Shown piece by piece: positions 44,104 to 55,789 of a DNA stretch of 64,000 bases. Within the stretch, counting starts at the first letter, position 1. The number at the start of each line of letters is the position of its first letter. The DNA is from Dudresnaya verticillata (Eukaryota). Made by a program: the position numbers and the translations under genes. The stretch spans positions 1,054,001 through 1,118,000 of the forward strand of contig OZ374561.1 in the NCBI GenBank assembly GCA_977862235.1, in the 5' to 3' direction. The notes beneath the pieces are model-generated. The model saw nothing but the letters and a program-made list of their open reading frames with translations, did not search any database and had not been told where the DNA came from.

Positions 44104-46056
44104 TTGGCGTGGTCACAGCGGACCACACATCCGCAGACCAAAGTCAATTCATGGCGCCAGCTGGGTTGTTCAGAGTTCCTCTGTCGAGCCATGCAATTCG
44201 GAATCTTCGAGAAGCCAACGAGCCCCTTCATCCAAGGGGAGGGCGAACAGCTTCCCGAGGTTCCGCAGTCTCCAGAGGACAAATCTTTCGCGGCAGAAGA
44301 CCTGAAGGAGGGATGTCGATCTGGAATCTATCAGGAAACAAGTCCAGACCACGCCAAGAAAGCGTTGGCAAAGGGTGCTATGATATCGTCAGCCTTTGTC
44401 GTTTGGCAGGAGGGAGAAGAGGGACTGAAGGGACGGTTTGTCGTCAACCTGTCCAAGCAGTCCAAGCATTGGCCCAAAGGGTCGGTGCGGATGGAGTCAA
44501 TTTCCGAATTCTCCCTCGAGCTTCAGAAAGGAGACCATTTCCTTTCCATGGATTTGTACAAGGGATACCGTCACTTCAGGCTGGCTCCAGCGATGAGAGA
44601 CTGGTTCATATTCAGATATCAGGGACGCTATTACCAGTTTGTCGCCTTGTCATTTGGCTGGGGACGTTCTCCTCTTTGGTTTACACAGTTGATGGTCGTC
44701 TTCGTGAGAGAGCTGCGTCGAATCGGCTATCGCGTTCTCTCATATCTCGACGACTTTCTGATCGCCCCTTCCAGGTTGGGCATTAAATCGTCACCTATTC
44801 ATTGTCAGGAAGCTTCGCAGTTCATAGACAGGCTGTTAAAGAAGCTTGGTTTGCGAAGATATCCGGAGAAAGGCAGCTGGGTTGGGACTACCGACATAGA
44901 ACATCTCGGTGTCCGCATCGACAGTGTGACAATGCGATTATTTTTCGCGCCCCGCAAGGTGCGAAAAGTGCAGAGTCTGTCAATAAAGCTCCTGCAGCAG
45001 GTTCGTCACGGAAGACGTTGGGTGAACCGAGACAATGTTGCTCACTTCTGCGGGGTATGCGTGTCACTCTCCCTGTCAATGCCCTGGGTACGTTTCTATA
45101 CGCGATCGCTATACTGGGACATGGGCTCCAGACAGCCATGAGACACCCGTGGGCGTATCCGCTTGAGTCATCAAAGCATCAAGGATCTTCGGAAGTGGAA
45201 GCAATTGAGTGCGACGGAGCTAGCCGGCCGTCCTGTGACCCCTCCCAACGCTACAGCAGCTCTGCATACCGATGCGGCGGATGTAGGTTAGGGTGGAACA
45301 TTGAACGAAGCCGACCTTCGTCCAGGATTACGCGGTCAGTGGAACGCTCAGGGTATCTGGAGCTGGAGAGACCGGGCCGAGTCTATCAGCTACCGCGAGC
45401 TCAAGGCCATCCGGCTGCTTCTCACCGGCTCGCTGGGCTCTCAGCTCCTTCGTCGAGGGCATCGAGACTTGCTCTTGCACGTCGACAACCAGGCCGTGGT
45501 GCAAATTACGAATGCTCTCGTCTCAGCAAGTCTTCCGATGATGCGGGAGTTGAGACGGCTGAAATCTGTCCTCGATCTGCACGGGTTTCATATTCGGTCC
45601 GAATGGATCCCCTCCGTGGCCAACCGGTTCGCAGATGGCCTCTCGCGACGCTTCTCCCGCGGCGACTTACAGATCAAGAGTCAACTTCGGCGTTCCTTCG
45701 TGGCTGGGATGAAGGCCCCGACCGACGCATTTCCCTACTGACCAGTGGGCGAGCATCCGACATTCGCTCGACGGAGGGCTTACGCCGAGTTAGCGTCCCC
45801 TTGGGACATGCGAGAAGTTCGCCTCCTTTGCCCACCCGTGGATCTTATCCCAGCCACCTTGCACAAGCAGCGGCAGACGCGGGCTCCAGCGCTCCTCTTG
45901 ATTACTGCTTGGAAGCGTCACGGTTCGTATCACACAGCGCTGCAGATGGCATCGCTGGTGGAGTCAATCCCCCTCCGACCCGAAGAGGTGTGGGCCAGCC
46001 ACCGTCGCTTGAACCCCGATTGGCAAGCGCAGTTGATGGAGATCAACCTCGCATAG
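44104..46056 (+). pseudogene. RT-RNaseH-methyltransferase-like ORF of the YR element (three in-frame stops)
   Basis: DLYKGYRH, LSFGWGRSP, YLDD; HTDAA, ISYRELKAI, VDNQAV, NRFADGLSR; CPPVDLIPATLHK; stops at 45139, 45289, 45739. Confidence 0.92.
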
Positions 46057-46076
46057 GCGTTCACTCGACACAGCGC

Positions 46077-47120
46077 ATGGCAATGGCGGATGCCGCGCTA
46101 GAGCGTCTCGGAACGTGCCGCCCTTCTCCTGATCTTCTGCGCTCGTCTGCGTTGCTCTCTGCGTTCGCCTGGAGCGGGCGCACAACTGCAACTCGAAACT
46201 CGCAGTGGCGGGCTTGGGTCGAGTTTTGCACTGCCGATGACCTTCCACTCTTGCCTGCGACGGAAGCACACTTCATTTCCTTCGTAGGCTGGCTTACTTC
46301 AGAACGAGAAGCTGGCCACCGCACGGTAAGCACTGCTTGGCTTCCGCAGTACTTCAGTGCCGTCCGGCAGATGCAGGTAGTGCTTACGGGCATCCCCGTG
46401 CCGCAGTTCCCCTTCCTTGCACACGTCGTCCGTGCTTATGCTCGTTGGGAAGAGGCTCACTTTCCCCGAAGGGCAGTGTGTTGCGGTATTCCCGCTTCCC
46501 TCGTTCAAGCAATTTGGGGACTCGGAATGGCCACATCTGACCCTTCTTGTCTCCGTGATACCGCGATGGTAACCTTTGCATACTGTCTCAATGGCTTGCG
46601 CGATAGCTCCGTCATCTCTATCGAGACTAGCAAAGTGGATGTCCAGCCTCATTTACTCGTGGGAAGACTGTCGGTGGTGAAAGGACGCCAGGCTAGTACC
46701 GTTCCCTTGGTGCGCTATGACCGGCTCACACCCTCCCATCCTTCCCCGGTTGACCTCTGGATTCGTTGGCAACAGGCGCGAGGCACCCATCCATCCTTCT
46801 TCGCACTTTCCGGGGGGCGCGACAGCCTTCCTGAGCAAACTTTGACGTGGAGTCTAGAACGTTGCTTGGCGCGGTTGCATGTCGTCGCGCCCGCTGGTTC
46901 GAAATACACCTCCCACTCCCTGCGAATTGGCGCACACACAGAACAAGTGTTGTTAGGCTTCCCGCTCGAAGTACGGTTGACACGGTTTGGATGGGGCCCG
47001 CGAAGTTCGGAGATGGCTACCACGTACTTTGACCGCACGATAAGGCTGCCCGCGGCGTCGTTCTGGGTATTCGGGCTCCCATTCCGTGGTGTGGGGCCCG
47101 ACTCCCCCGCGACAGTGTGA
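46077..47120 (+). CDS. Tyrosine recombinase of the YR element, 347 aa
   Basis: GLRDSS (R), K in VVKGR, HSLRIG (H-x-x-R), FGW...TTYF (W, Y); uninterrupted. Confidence 0.92.
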   Translation: MAMADAALERLGTCRPSPDLLRSSALLSAFAWSGRTTATRNSQWRAWVEFCTADDLPLLPATEAHFISFVGWLTSEREAGHRTVSTAWLPQYFSAVRQMQVVLTGIPVPQFPFLAHVVRAYARWEEAHFPRRAVCCGIPASLVQAIWGLGMATSDPSCLRDTAMVTFAYCLNGLRDSSVISIETSKVDVQPHLLVGRLSVVKGRQASTVPLVRYDRLTPSHPSPVDLWIRWQQARGTHPSFFALSGGRDSLPEQTLTWSLERCLARLHVVAPAGSKYTSHSLRIGAHTEQVLLGFPLEVRLTRFGWGPRSSEMATTYFDRTIRLPAASFWVFGLPFRGVGPDSPATV

Positions 47121-47181
47121 CGCGGCCGTTGCGCTTCGCTCTCCGGTTTGCGCTCTTGCGTGCGTTCCTTGTGGAGCGTTT

Positions 47182-47403
47182 CGTCAGGTGTAGACCGCAG
47201 GTTTATGCAGATGAAACAGCATGCAATATATAGCAAGGCCGGCCACAATGCATCGTCACTGTCATGTGGCGTGCGCGCCGCGTATGGATCGGCTCCGTGA
47301 TCCGATTTGATCCGTTCGCATCACCGCCGTCGCTTGCACGGTCAAGTTAAGAGATCGGTTCGGGTGGCGACTGAGTGCCCCTCGTGGCATGCCTCTCTCT
47401 TTC
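47182..47403 (+). repeat. Direct repeat A2 of the YR element
   Basis: Matches 11876-12097. Confidence 0.95.
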
Positions 47404-47436
47404 CCCGCCCCCCCGCCGGTTCGAAACTCGAACATG

Positions 47437-47498
47437 CCTTCTCTTGGAGGTAATGGGGTTGTTTTATATAAAACAACCCCATTACCTCCAAGAGAAGG
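47437..47498. repeat. Perfect 62-bp spacerless palindrome
   Basis: CCTTCTCTTGGAGGTAATGGGGTTGTTTTAT followed by its exact reverse complement. Confidence 0.97.
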
Positions 47499-47505
47499 GG
47501 GTTGG

Positions 47506-47553
47506 AAGCGTTTCACACTTAAAACCCATATGGGTTTTAAGTGTGAAACGCTT
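47506..47553. repeat. Perfect 48-bp spacerless palindrome
   Basis: AAGCGTTTCACACTTAAAACCCAT followed by its exact reverse complement. Confidence 0.97.
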
Positions 47554-47984
47554 GCCGGGCACGCCGCAAGACGAAAAAAGGAATCCATTTAGGGTTACAA
47601 CTGGGGGAGCTCCCCCAGATACGGTGAAACCCCCCCTCGCTACGTCCATAATGGGTGCCGCGTGCTCAGGTACCTGACGCCGTCCTCCGTCCCCGCTGCC
47701 GCAGTTCCGTCGGGCTCCCCAGCGCAAGGCCGGTTCCCAGGTGGGGAAGATGCAGAAACTGCGGTATTTATACTAGACGGTTGTGGGCGAGGCGTGAGTT
47801 CGATTCCCACGGCGGGTGATCGTAGAAATTGCTTCATTTCTTTTGTTATCCTTTTGTAGATTTGTCCTGAGACACGCGGGCACTCCAGTAAGGAGGGGGC
47901 CCGCAACGGGGCTCTGGCCGCAAATAAAGACAAGCGTTTGTTTCTGGTAGATTAAGAGAAACTTCTAGAGACATATGGAGTAGA

Positions 47985-48154
47985 GCAGTACATATAGCGT
48001 TGGAGTGGCCAAGGCCTGGGCCGCCCCGCCTCCCCTCCCCCTCGCCCCGCGCGCCCGCCGTCCCGCCCGCACGTCCAGCTCCCCCGCCCCCTCGCCCCGC
48101 GCGCCCGCCGCCCCGCTCGCGCGTCCCGCCCCCCGTCTCCGGAGTGTGCGTGTT

Positions 48155-48196
<42 letters not shown>

Positions 48197-48380
48197 TGTG
48201 TATGTGAGTGTGTGTGCAGTACATTTAGCGTTGGAGCGGCCAAGGCCTGGGCCGCCGCCGCCCCCCTCTCCCTCGCTCCGCGTGTCCGCCGCCGCGCCCG
48301 CGTGCACCACTCCCCCCGCCTCCCCGTCTCGCGAACGTAATGCAAACGTTGTGTGCGTGTGTGTTTGTCTGTGTGTGTCA
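47985..48380. repeat. Two ~231-bp units of C-rich tract plus (TG)n microsatellite
   Basis: GCAGTACATWTAGCGTTGGAGYGGCCAAGGCCTGGGCCGCC at 47985 and 48216; TG tracts at about 48144-48216 and 48350-48378. Confidence 0.85.
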
Positions 48381-48728
48381 CGCGTGCTCAGCTGCGTCCG
48401 TCGCCTCTGTACGCGCTTATCATAACGAGCCAATTTGGCTTCTTATGATAAGTGACATACAAATAAGCTTACAGAGAGAACTGACAGCGGTACGGTGATA
48501 CAAGTGTTGATATTTAAGCATTACAGTCGAAGCTTGTTCATTTTAAGCTTTACACTTGTCGGAATTGCATTCGGCACACGGAACAATGGGTAGAAAACGC
48601 ACTGTTTTGCAAAGTGAAATTGGGAACGATTGAGGAGATAATTTGGAAAAGAAAAGATATAAGAGAGCCGCAGTGCAGCCGGAACCGATTCAAGAAAGAA
48701 ACAGAGAAAGAAAACAAAAAGTCGACAG

Positions 48729-51709
48729 ATGCAGTGTAAGTCACAAAGGGAAGCTACTTCCTGTTTGATGCATGATAAAGATGATGATGGTTTTACAGAG
48801 AATTTAGGAAGTGCTGAGGAACATTCGAAAGTCAATTCGGTGGGTCAGAAACGCAGCAACCATTTAGTACACCTAGATGATGTTTCAGAGCCCGATGTAA
48901 GGGAAGATGATGAAGTATTTCATGAACAAAAGCGGATGAGGCCAGAGGTTGAACCGAAATCAATTCCAGAAAGAAACAGGGAAAGACAACGCCTATATCG
49001 ACTGAGACATTCTGATCCACTCAGGACACAAAATGTGTCTGACTTTCCTTCAGTTGAAGAAGAAATAACAGATCGCGATCACAGCGATGTGTGGAGAATG
49101 AATAACCAAATTAAAGACTTGAAAGAAACTAAAATCGAACAGGAAAAGGTTCTGTTTGTATTAAACAAGTACGAACGTGACCAAAACGAATCTCGAAGAC
49201 AATACGATTACCATCTGTTTTTCAATAGTGTGCTGTATGCGGTAAACAAATAGAGGATCCAAAAGTATTACAAACTTCGTATTGTAAGGAGGACGTTCTT
49301 TTTGAACCTTTGCACAAAAAGCATTCGGAACCTGACGTACAAACATGTGCCATTGAAAATACGAAACAGGAAGCTTGGATAGGCTACTACGATGAAGGTG
49401 ATGCAGCTGTGAAAGTTTGTGGGACAGGTTTGAAAGCTCTGAGAAAACAACAGGTTCCAAAGTTTTCCCGAAGAAATATTCCAATAGCTATGCCTTCAAA
49501 CCCCCTTAGGTCGTTGTCAGAATTTGAACAGCTTCTTATATCTCCAGTCCTTCCAATGATATATGTTTACAGGTTTCGTGGCTACGGGCAATTTCTTTCG
49601 AAAGGGCAGTGTATTTCTTTTCATAACGATGTTCAGAAAACTGCTACAGTCCTACCGCGACATCCTTCAGGCATTATTATCAATGTTTCAAATGTTTATG
49701 GTCGAGGAGTTGTTTCTCACAGACCGAAATGTATACATTTTGGAAATATTTGGTTGGTCTTGCTAGAACTGAAAAGGACTGGGCATCGTTCTTTTAAAAA
49801 TATCACAATCAGCGAGGAAAATTTCCAAGCTTTAGAAGAATTCGCTTGTCGAACACGTCTTCAATTGAAGACGTGTTCGACAAGCGAATTCTTGTTAACA
49901 AGAACGTCAAGTGAAAATCGCACTCTAGCAGTAGAGGCTGAGAAAAAATGTTCAAAAAGGACTGCAATGGATAGCCTACGAGACATTGGGCAAAGACAAG
50001 ATGTAGAACAAGATTTTGCGGAAAATGCAAGTAATATGCCTGTTACAATTAAAACGACGTCAAGGAAAGCTTTAAAAACAGCAGTAGTTGAACTTTTCGG
50101 TCCATTTTAGACCGATCGGCTCGTCTTTACTCTAGTTCCTCATCTAGAGAAGGTTGGGCAGAGCGGTTTCCATGCCTTTTGCCTGATGGAAATGGGGGAC
50201 CTGAAGGCTAGTTTGTTAATGTTACATTGAAGGAATGGATATCTTACGTTATTGATATTCAAGTTTTAGATTTTCACAAACACATCATGTTAATTTGTTA
50301 TTCAAACATGTTTCTCAGACGCCAGAAAGTAATTGGAATTACTGCAAGGAAACCTATCGCACAAAGAATATCAAAAGCAGTATCTTCTTTAATCGCTCTG
50401 TTGAAGAATGAAAATATTGCTACTATTCCGGATAGTGTTGCTCAAGTTTTAGTCAAAAATGTTCGCTTTCATGTCTCTCAAATACCAGGATCAATCTCAG
50501 ACATGAGTGAATTTAGAAAAGATTTGCTATCTATGATGACGAAAAGGGGTCCTTCTTCTTTGTTTGTAACTCTCTCTGCAGCTGATACACTGTGGCCGGA
50601 GACATACACTGAAATATCTGGTGGAAACCTGTCGTTACAGGAGGCAAGAACCCTAAATGTGAAGGAAAGGCTTGAGCTTCTTGCAAATAATCCGGTCCTT
50701 GCAACAAATGCATGGAAGCGACGTGTTAGGGCTTTCTTACATTTTGTATTGCAGGGATCATCCAAACCTTTGGGAGAAATTCTTGAATATGCTTTAATTA
50801 AAGCTTTAAAACTTTAAAGTTTGAATGGCAAGGAAGACTTTCCGAACATGTATGTACATATTCTATTCTGGCTGAAAACACCAATACCATCGATAGACAT
50901 GGAAAATGACTCAGTTCAGAAACATCCTCCTAATGGATTTCTCAATGAACTGACGAGCAGGGTTGAATCATTTGCAACTGCAATGCTTCCTTCAAAAGCC
51001 AGTTTGCCGACAGAAAGAGAAGAAATAAATCCTTTTTGAGGCGATTAGAAACAATCCAACTGTATTCAGGGTGTCTTTAAGCAAGAAAGAACAGTGCAAA
51101 GTAAATGTTTGCGGATCTGATTGTGGGTACACTGATGTTGCGAGCTTCAAAATATCAACTAGAACAGGATGATGTAACAAATATCAACTTATACTGCAAA
51201 TCGCGTGATGTTTTGTACAGTGAGTCTTGGTTAGAAGCAATTTGGATTTTCGCGAAATAAAAGCAAGTAAATGCTCACTTAGAACAAGTTTCGAGCCGTA
51301 TGGCAGTCAGCAGAGGCATTTTCCGAATGTGGTGTAACGTTAAGCTTGAAAAAAATCCTAAATAAAGATCTGACACGAGAGGCATTGTATCAATTCTATA
51401 CGTCTCCGCATAAAATCACATCTGAAAGGAGAAAGCATTTACCATATGTCGATTATTTTCCAGGCCATATAATAAGCTTGAACCGTAACTGCCAGTTTGG
51501 GGTCTGTACAATAACGCAAAAAAGCCCGTGTTGTTGGTATAAGCTTCTCAAATGGGCAGCTATTGCACCCCTTCCGAACCATTTCAGAAGTAATTTCAGA
51601 AGTACTTTTAGGCAAGAGTTAGAACTATGAGCTTCTTATGCAACCTTTACAACATTTTAATGGTATTTCTGCTATTGACGAACTGCCTGGTGTTATTTGT
51701 GTTCCATGG
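48729..51709 (+). pseudogene. RepHel pseudogene (HUH Rep and Pif1 helicase fragments)
   Basis: LSEFEQLLISPVLP...KGQCISF...LPR (DUF6570-like); GPSSLFVTLSAADTLWPE; NPVLAT; EWQGR..(H)VHILFWL; GHIISLNRN..WGLYNNA; many stops and frameshifts. Confidence 0.88.
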
Positions 51710-52545
51710 TATGGCATAAACGTCAGGTCGAACTGACGTCTAGCTGCGCTGGTCGATCGGTCGCACCCAGACCCGTCGAAGGGTGGTAGCTGTGGTGGTA
51801 GAGCGGTGGTGTCGGCCGCGCGCGCCGTCGACGGTCGCGGATCAACGGCGTCGAAGCCTGAGCGCGCACGGGGCGTACCGTACGCGGGCGGCAGCGGCCG
51901 GATCCCTGCGTCCCCGTCGTGGGGCGGCACGAAGCCGACGGTAGGGAAAGGAAAAGGAAAGCCTAGACGGCTAGGGAAAGAGGGAAGCCGTAGGGCGAAG
52001 GACTGGGAAAGAAACCCAAAGCAGAAAGGGCAAGCCTGGCGTAGGCTGGCTTGCCTTGGTTTACTGAAGCCCAGAGGGGCGACTACTAGATATACTACAG
52101 GGCCTGCGGCGGCACCAACCCGTGAGGTGCGCCGGCGCGCCCCAACACGCGTCGACGCGTACGGGTAACGGTAACCCGGGGGCGCGTAGGCGGAACGGTC
52201 CACACGTACTCAACGGCTCGACGCCGGAGTGCGCGCGCGCGTGTCACGCACTCAACGGCTCTGCGCCGGAGTGCGTGCGCACAGCGCGCGGGACAGCAGG
52301 GTGTTCGACCGCCGCTTACACTAGAGGGTGCTGTACACTTACAAAACAATAAACGTAGAAATTACATGGGAGTTTCAGTGTCACACGCGAACGCGTGTAC
52401 ACGTGGGCGCCACTGCGCACTCCCTTACAGTTCAGCGGGGCTTCGGCGCCACCGGCTGACAGCGTGCGCACAGCAGTGCACACGTGGCGCAGCTGGTCTT
52501 ACAGCTGCGCGTGCGTGGCACAGCTGGTCTTACAGCTATGCCACA
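51710..52545 (-). repeat. 3' LTR of element A (836 bp)
   Basis: Matches 690-1526. Confidence 0.95.
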
Positions 52546-52877
52546 CAACCCCCCCTCAAGCGCGAACGCCTCGGTCGCGACCGTTACAACGCGCACGCTG
52601 TGGGGTGGCCAAGACGGCGCCCGGGATTGGCCAGCGGGCTCCCGGGCGTCCGTCGGTGACGGGCGTCGATGCCACGTCGGGTGTGCCCGCGCTGAGCCGC
52701 GACGGGCTATTTAGGGAGCCGCCTCTGCGGCTCCGAGGTGTGGGTGGTCTGGTCATCGCTCACCACGACCACCAACACTCCCTCCCCCACGCGTACAGCT
52801 GCCTGTCGACCAGTGCCATACGCGCCAAGCTTTCGACGCTCTCAACTTCCTCCCCCATCGCCAGCGTCGACGCGGCA

Positions 52878-55704
52878 ATGGAGTCACGCGAACCGATCGC
52901 GGACGGCGCCCCCGCCGAGGGGGCGCCGGTTACCAAGCCCACCTCCTCGACTGAGTCAGTCGTAGGGGGTGGGCCTGCCGAGCCGGTGCCAAGGGCGCCG
53001 GCTGGCGGAGAGGCGCGGCCTTCGACGGCCGCGCCAACCGCAGAGCGACCTTCGACGGTCGCTACAGAAGAGGCGCAACCTTCGACGGTTGCGCCAGAAG
53101 AAGCGCCCCCATCGACGGGTGCGCTGGGCAAGACCGGGGCTGCTGCGCCGGCTTCGTCCGCCGGGGCGGGTGGCGTCGACGCCAACCCCACCCCAACGCC
53201 CGCCGCTGACGTCTGGTCAGAGGCGGTGGCCCTTGCTGCGGCGCAGGGCAAGAGAGTGAAGGACCCGAGTGGGGCGGCCTCTGCCGCCCCGCGCCCAGTA
53301 GCGGCGGCTCGGGTCTTTCAGCCGACTGGCCCGCCTCGCGCAGGGCCTACGGCTCACAGCAATCAACCCGCGTCGACGCGAGGAGGGGCACCCGCGGAGC
53401 AGCCTTCGCGCTCCGCGGTGCCGATGGTGGCGAGGGTGCTCGACCTGAGTCGGTCGAGGTCACCCACGCCATCAGGGTCGGGGAAGTCCCCGCCGCGGCG
53501 GCACCCTTTGTGCCGCGCGATTCTAGTGGCTTGGGACCGTCGACGGCCCCGAAGCCGTCTCCCGTGGCCTCTTCCAACGCAGAGGGGGAGGCCGCGGGCG
53601 TGGGTGAGTCCACCGCTGCGCCCGTCGTGCCTCTTGTTGGGGTGTCGGTCTCAGTCGGACCGCCCCTCATGGGCCAGGCGCCCCCCGGACAGCACGCGCC
53701 CCCGACCGAGACGGTCTTCGCCTGGGGGGCGCCGCGCCACCAGATCCCGCTGGATCAGTGGCGCGGGCTGCAGGAGCCTCGGGCAGATGTCCGGCGGCTC
53801 CTGAGGGTGGCCCACGCGAGCGTGGACGGAGGGGCGGCAGCCTATGCCGGCTTCCTCCCGGCGGACGCCATAGTCTGGCTCACGCCGTTGGGGTTACCCT
53901 GCGACGTTTCTTACGTCGCCTCCCTTGAGGAGCTTCGGCGGGTGGACAGGGCAGCCGATGCCCTCTTCCTGACACCCGCCGATGAGTGGGCCCCGCCCCT
54001 GCCTGCCACCATCCCAGAGATGCGCACGGTGCCCGTCGACGAGCCCGTGGACCTCGCGCACCGTCTGGCCGATGCCGACTCTGCGCGCCACCTCTTCGGG
54101 GTGTGCTTCGGGGAGCGGGACTGGGACGTGTGCAAGGCCCCGGGCGAAGGACGCCCGTCAAAGGGGTGCAAGTTGCACCCGGCGCTCGACGCGGCCTGGT
54201 TCCCATCAGCGGAGTGGTACTCCCACCGGGAGACGCCATCGGGATTCACTATCCCGTGGATAACCGTAGACCGGTATTTCCACTACGCGACAGTCGGTCG
54301 CGTAGCTGCTCGTCGTGAGCTCCTGGCTAGGCGCTCAGATGAATACGCCTTCGAGGTGGGCCGCCGCTACTGTAGCGAGCTCCTCGCGAAGGGGACAGGC
54401 TGGGTTTTTGACGACCGCCTAATTAATTTCCTCGCGACCGGCTGGTCAAGCGAGAGGCCGTGTTTCCCAGACTTGCTCCGTCCTTCAGATGGCACGTCTT
54501 TTGGGTTCGGCGAGCTACTCGGCGTAGTCCGCCGAGTGGCTGCGGAAACGGAGAAGCACACACGGAGGCGTCACTTCTCTTCACGCGTCGACGCGTTCGT
54601 GTGTGGCTTCTTGCCAGAGACAGGGGGCCTCTATAAGATCCAGCGCAATCGTGGCGCACGTGACCGGCGGGAGCGCGTCGAGCGCTCCGGGTTCGCCTCG
54701 ATGGCCGACATGGCCCGCACTGAGCGCGCCGGTCGTCGCCGTCGTGGCGTGGGTGCTAACCCTGGGTCAGCCGCGGCCGTGATGGCGGCGGAGACCGAGT
54801 CATACATCCCGCCGCCCGCAAGGGCGTCTGCGCGTCGTGCGCCAGCCACCCCTGCGGCAGTCGGCGGACCGGCTGCTGCGGGGCCGTCGACGGCCCGCGC
54901 CCCTCCGGCCGCTGCCGTTGAGGTGTACCAGCCCCCGCCGGCCCCGTCTGGGTCGCCGGCGGTGGCTTATGTCCCACCTCCTCCAGTGGTCGACCCACTG
55001 GACGAGGCGGTGAGTGCGGCAGTCTGGGCCGATCCGACTGTACGCAGTGCGGCCTCCTTGGCGCGCGTCGGGCAAGGCGTGTCGACACGCACGCTCCTGC
55101 AGGCCCTGGCATCGAGCGCAGTGGCGCTGCAGGAGGATGTCAACGCCTCCAATGCCGTCGCGGTTCGATACCGCGACGAGCGGGACGGCTTTGCCCGCGA
55201 GGTGCAGAGGCTCCGCGGGGAAGTCCAGCGCATGTCTTATGCGCCGGCGCGCAAGAGGCTTCGCGAGGAGTACCAGCCACCCCCGACGGGGTATGCGTCG
55301 ATGCAGCCGATGCAGTCGTACGCTCCGGGCCCTTCTGGCCCGGCTGCCCCTTGGCAAGGCGCCGGGCAACTGATGTACCCGGGCGCTCAGGGCGGCGCAG
55401 GCGCGCCGCCCAGTGCTGCAGGCGTCGTGCCACAGCAAGCGGTTCTTCCCCAAGTGAGGGGCCCGTCGATGGGCCCTTACCGCCCTGCAGCTCCCATAGG
55501 TGGGGGCGCAGTGGCGTACGGAGGCTCGGCGCCTCCGCTTCCCGCCGGGGTCTTCCACCAGCGCCAGCGGCAACCACAACGGTGGTTGAGGGATACGTGC
55601 CCGTGGCGCAGCGGGCTCTGCGCCCGCCTTTCCCGGTGTGGGTCCTGGGGGCGAGGCCGCCCAGTAGTTTTGCCGTAGTGGCTTATGCTGTAGAAGCATC
55701 CTAG
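52878..55704 (+). pseudogene. Antisense accessory ORF of element A, about 930 aa, 1-2 frameshifts
   Basis: ATG 52878 (MESREPIAD), shift near 53490 into 53510-55678; P/A-rich flanks, central aromatic-rich domain, short coiled coil. Confidence 0.75.
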
Positions 55705-55789
55705 TTCGAGGCGGTCGATCGCCTCGCTAGTTTTTAGACCGCCGCTGCGTGTCTGGTTCATTAAAGGGCAAGGGGTGGGCGAAGACTTC

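Larger units (their letters stand above)
11876..47403 (+). mobile_element. Tyrosine-recombinase retrotransposon (DIRS order, PAT-like), about 4.3 kb once element B is removed
   Basis: 222-bp direct repeats at both ends; gag-like ORF, RT-RNaseH-MT and YR ORFs; interrupted at 12864/44063 with TSD CGCTG/CACTG. Confidence 0.85.
47404..51709 (+). mobile_element. Helitron (Helentron/Helitron2-like), left part; left boundary uncertain
   Basis: RepHel remnants 48729-51709 preceded by palindromes and microsatellite-bearing repeats. Confidence 0.65.

Noticed and set aside
44802..46076. N-terminal 425 aa of the 772-aa ORF as part of the recombinase
   Set aside because: Overlaps RT/RH in another frame and lacks motifs; long overlaps occur in YR elements, but translation cannot be supported from sequence
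47846..48433. ORFs with HT/CV dipeptide runs
   Set aside because: Translations of the (TG)n microsatellite and GC-rich repeats
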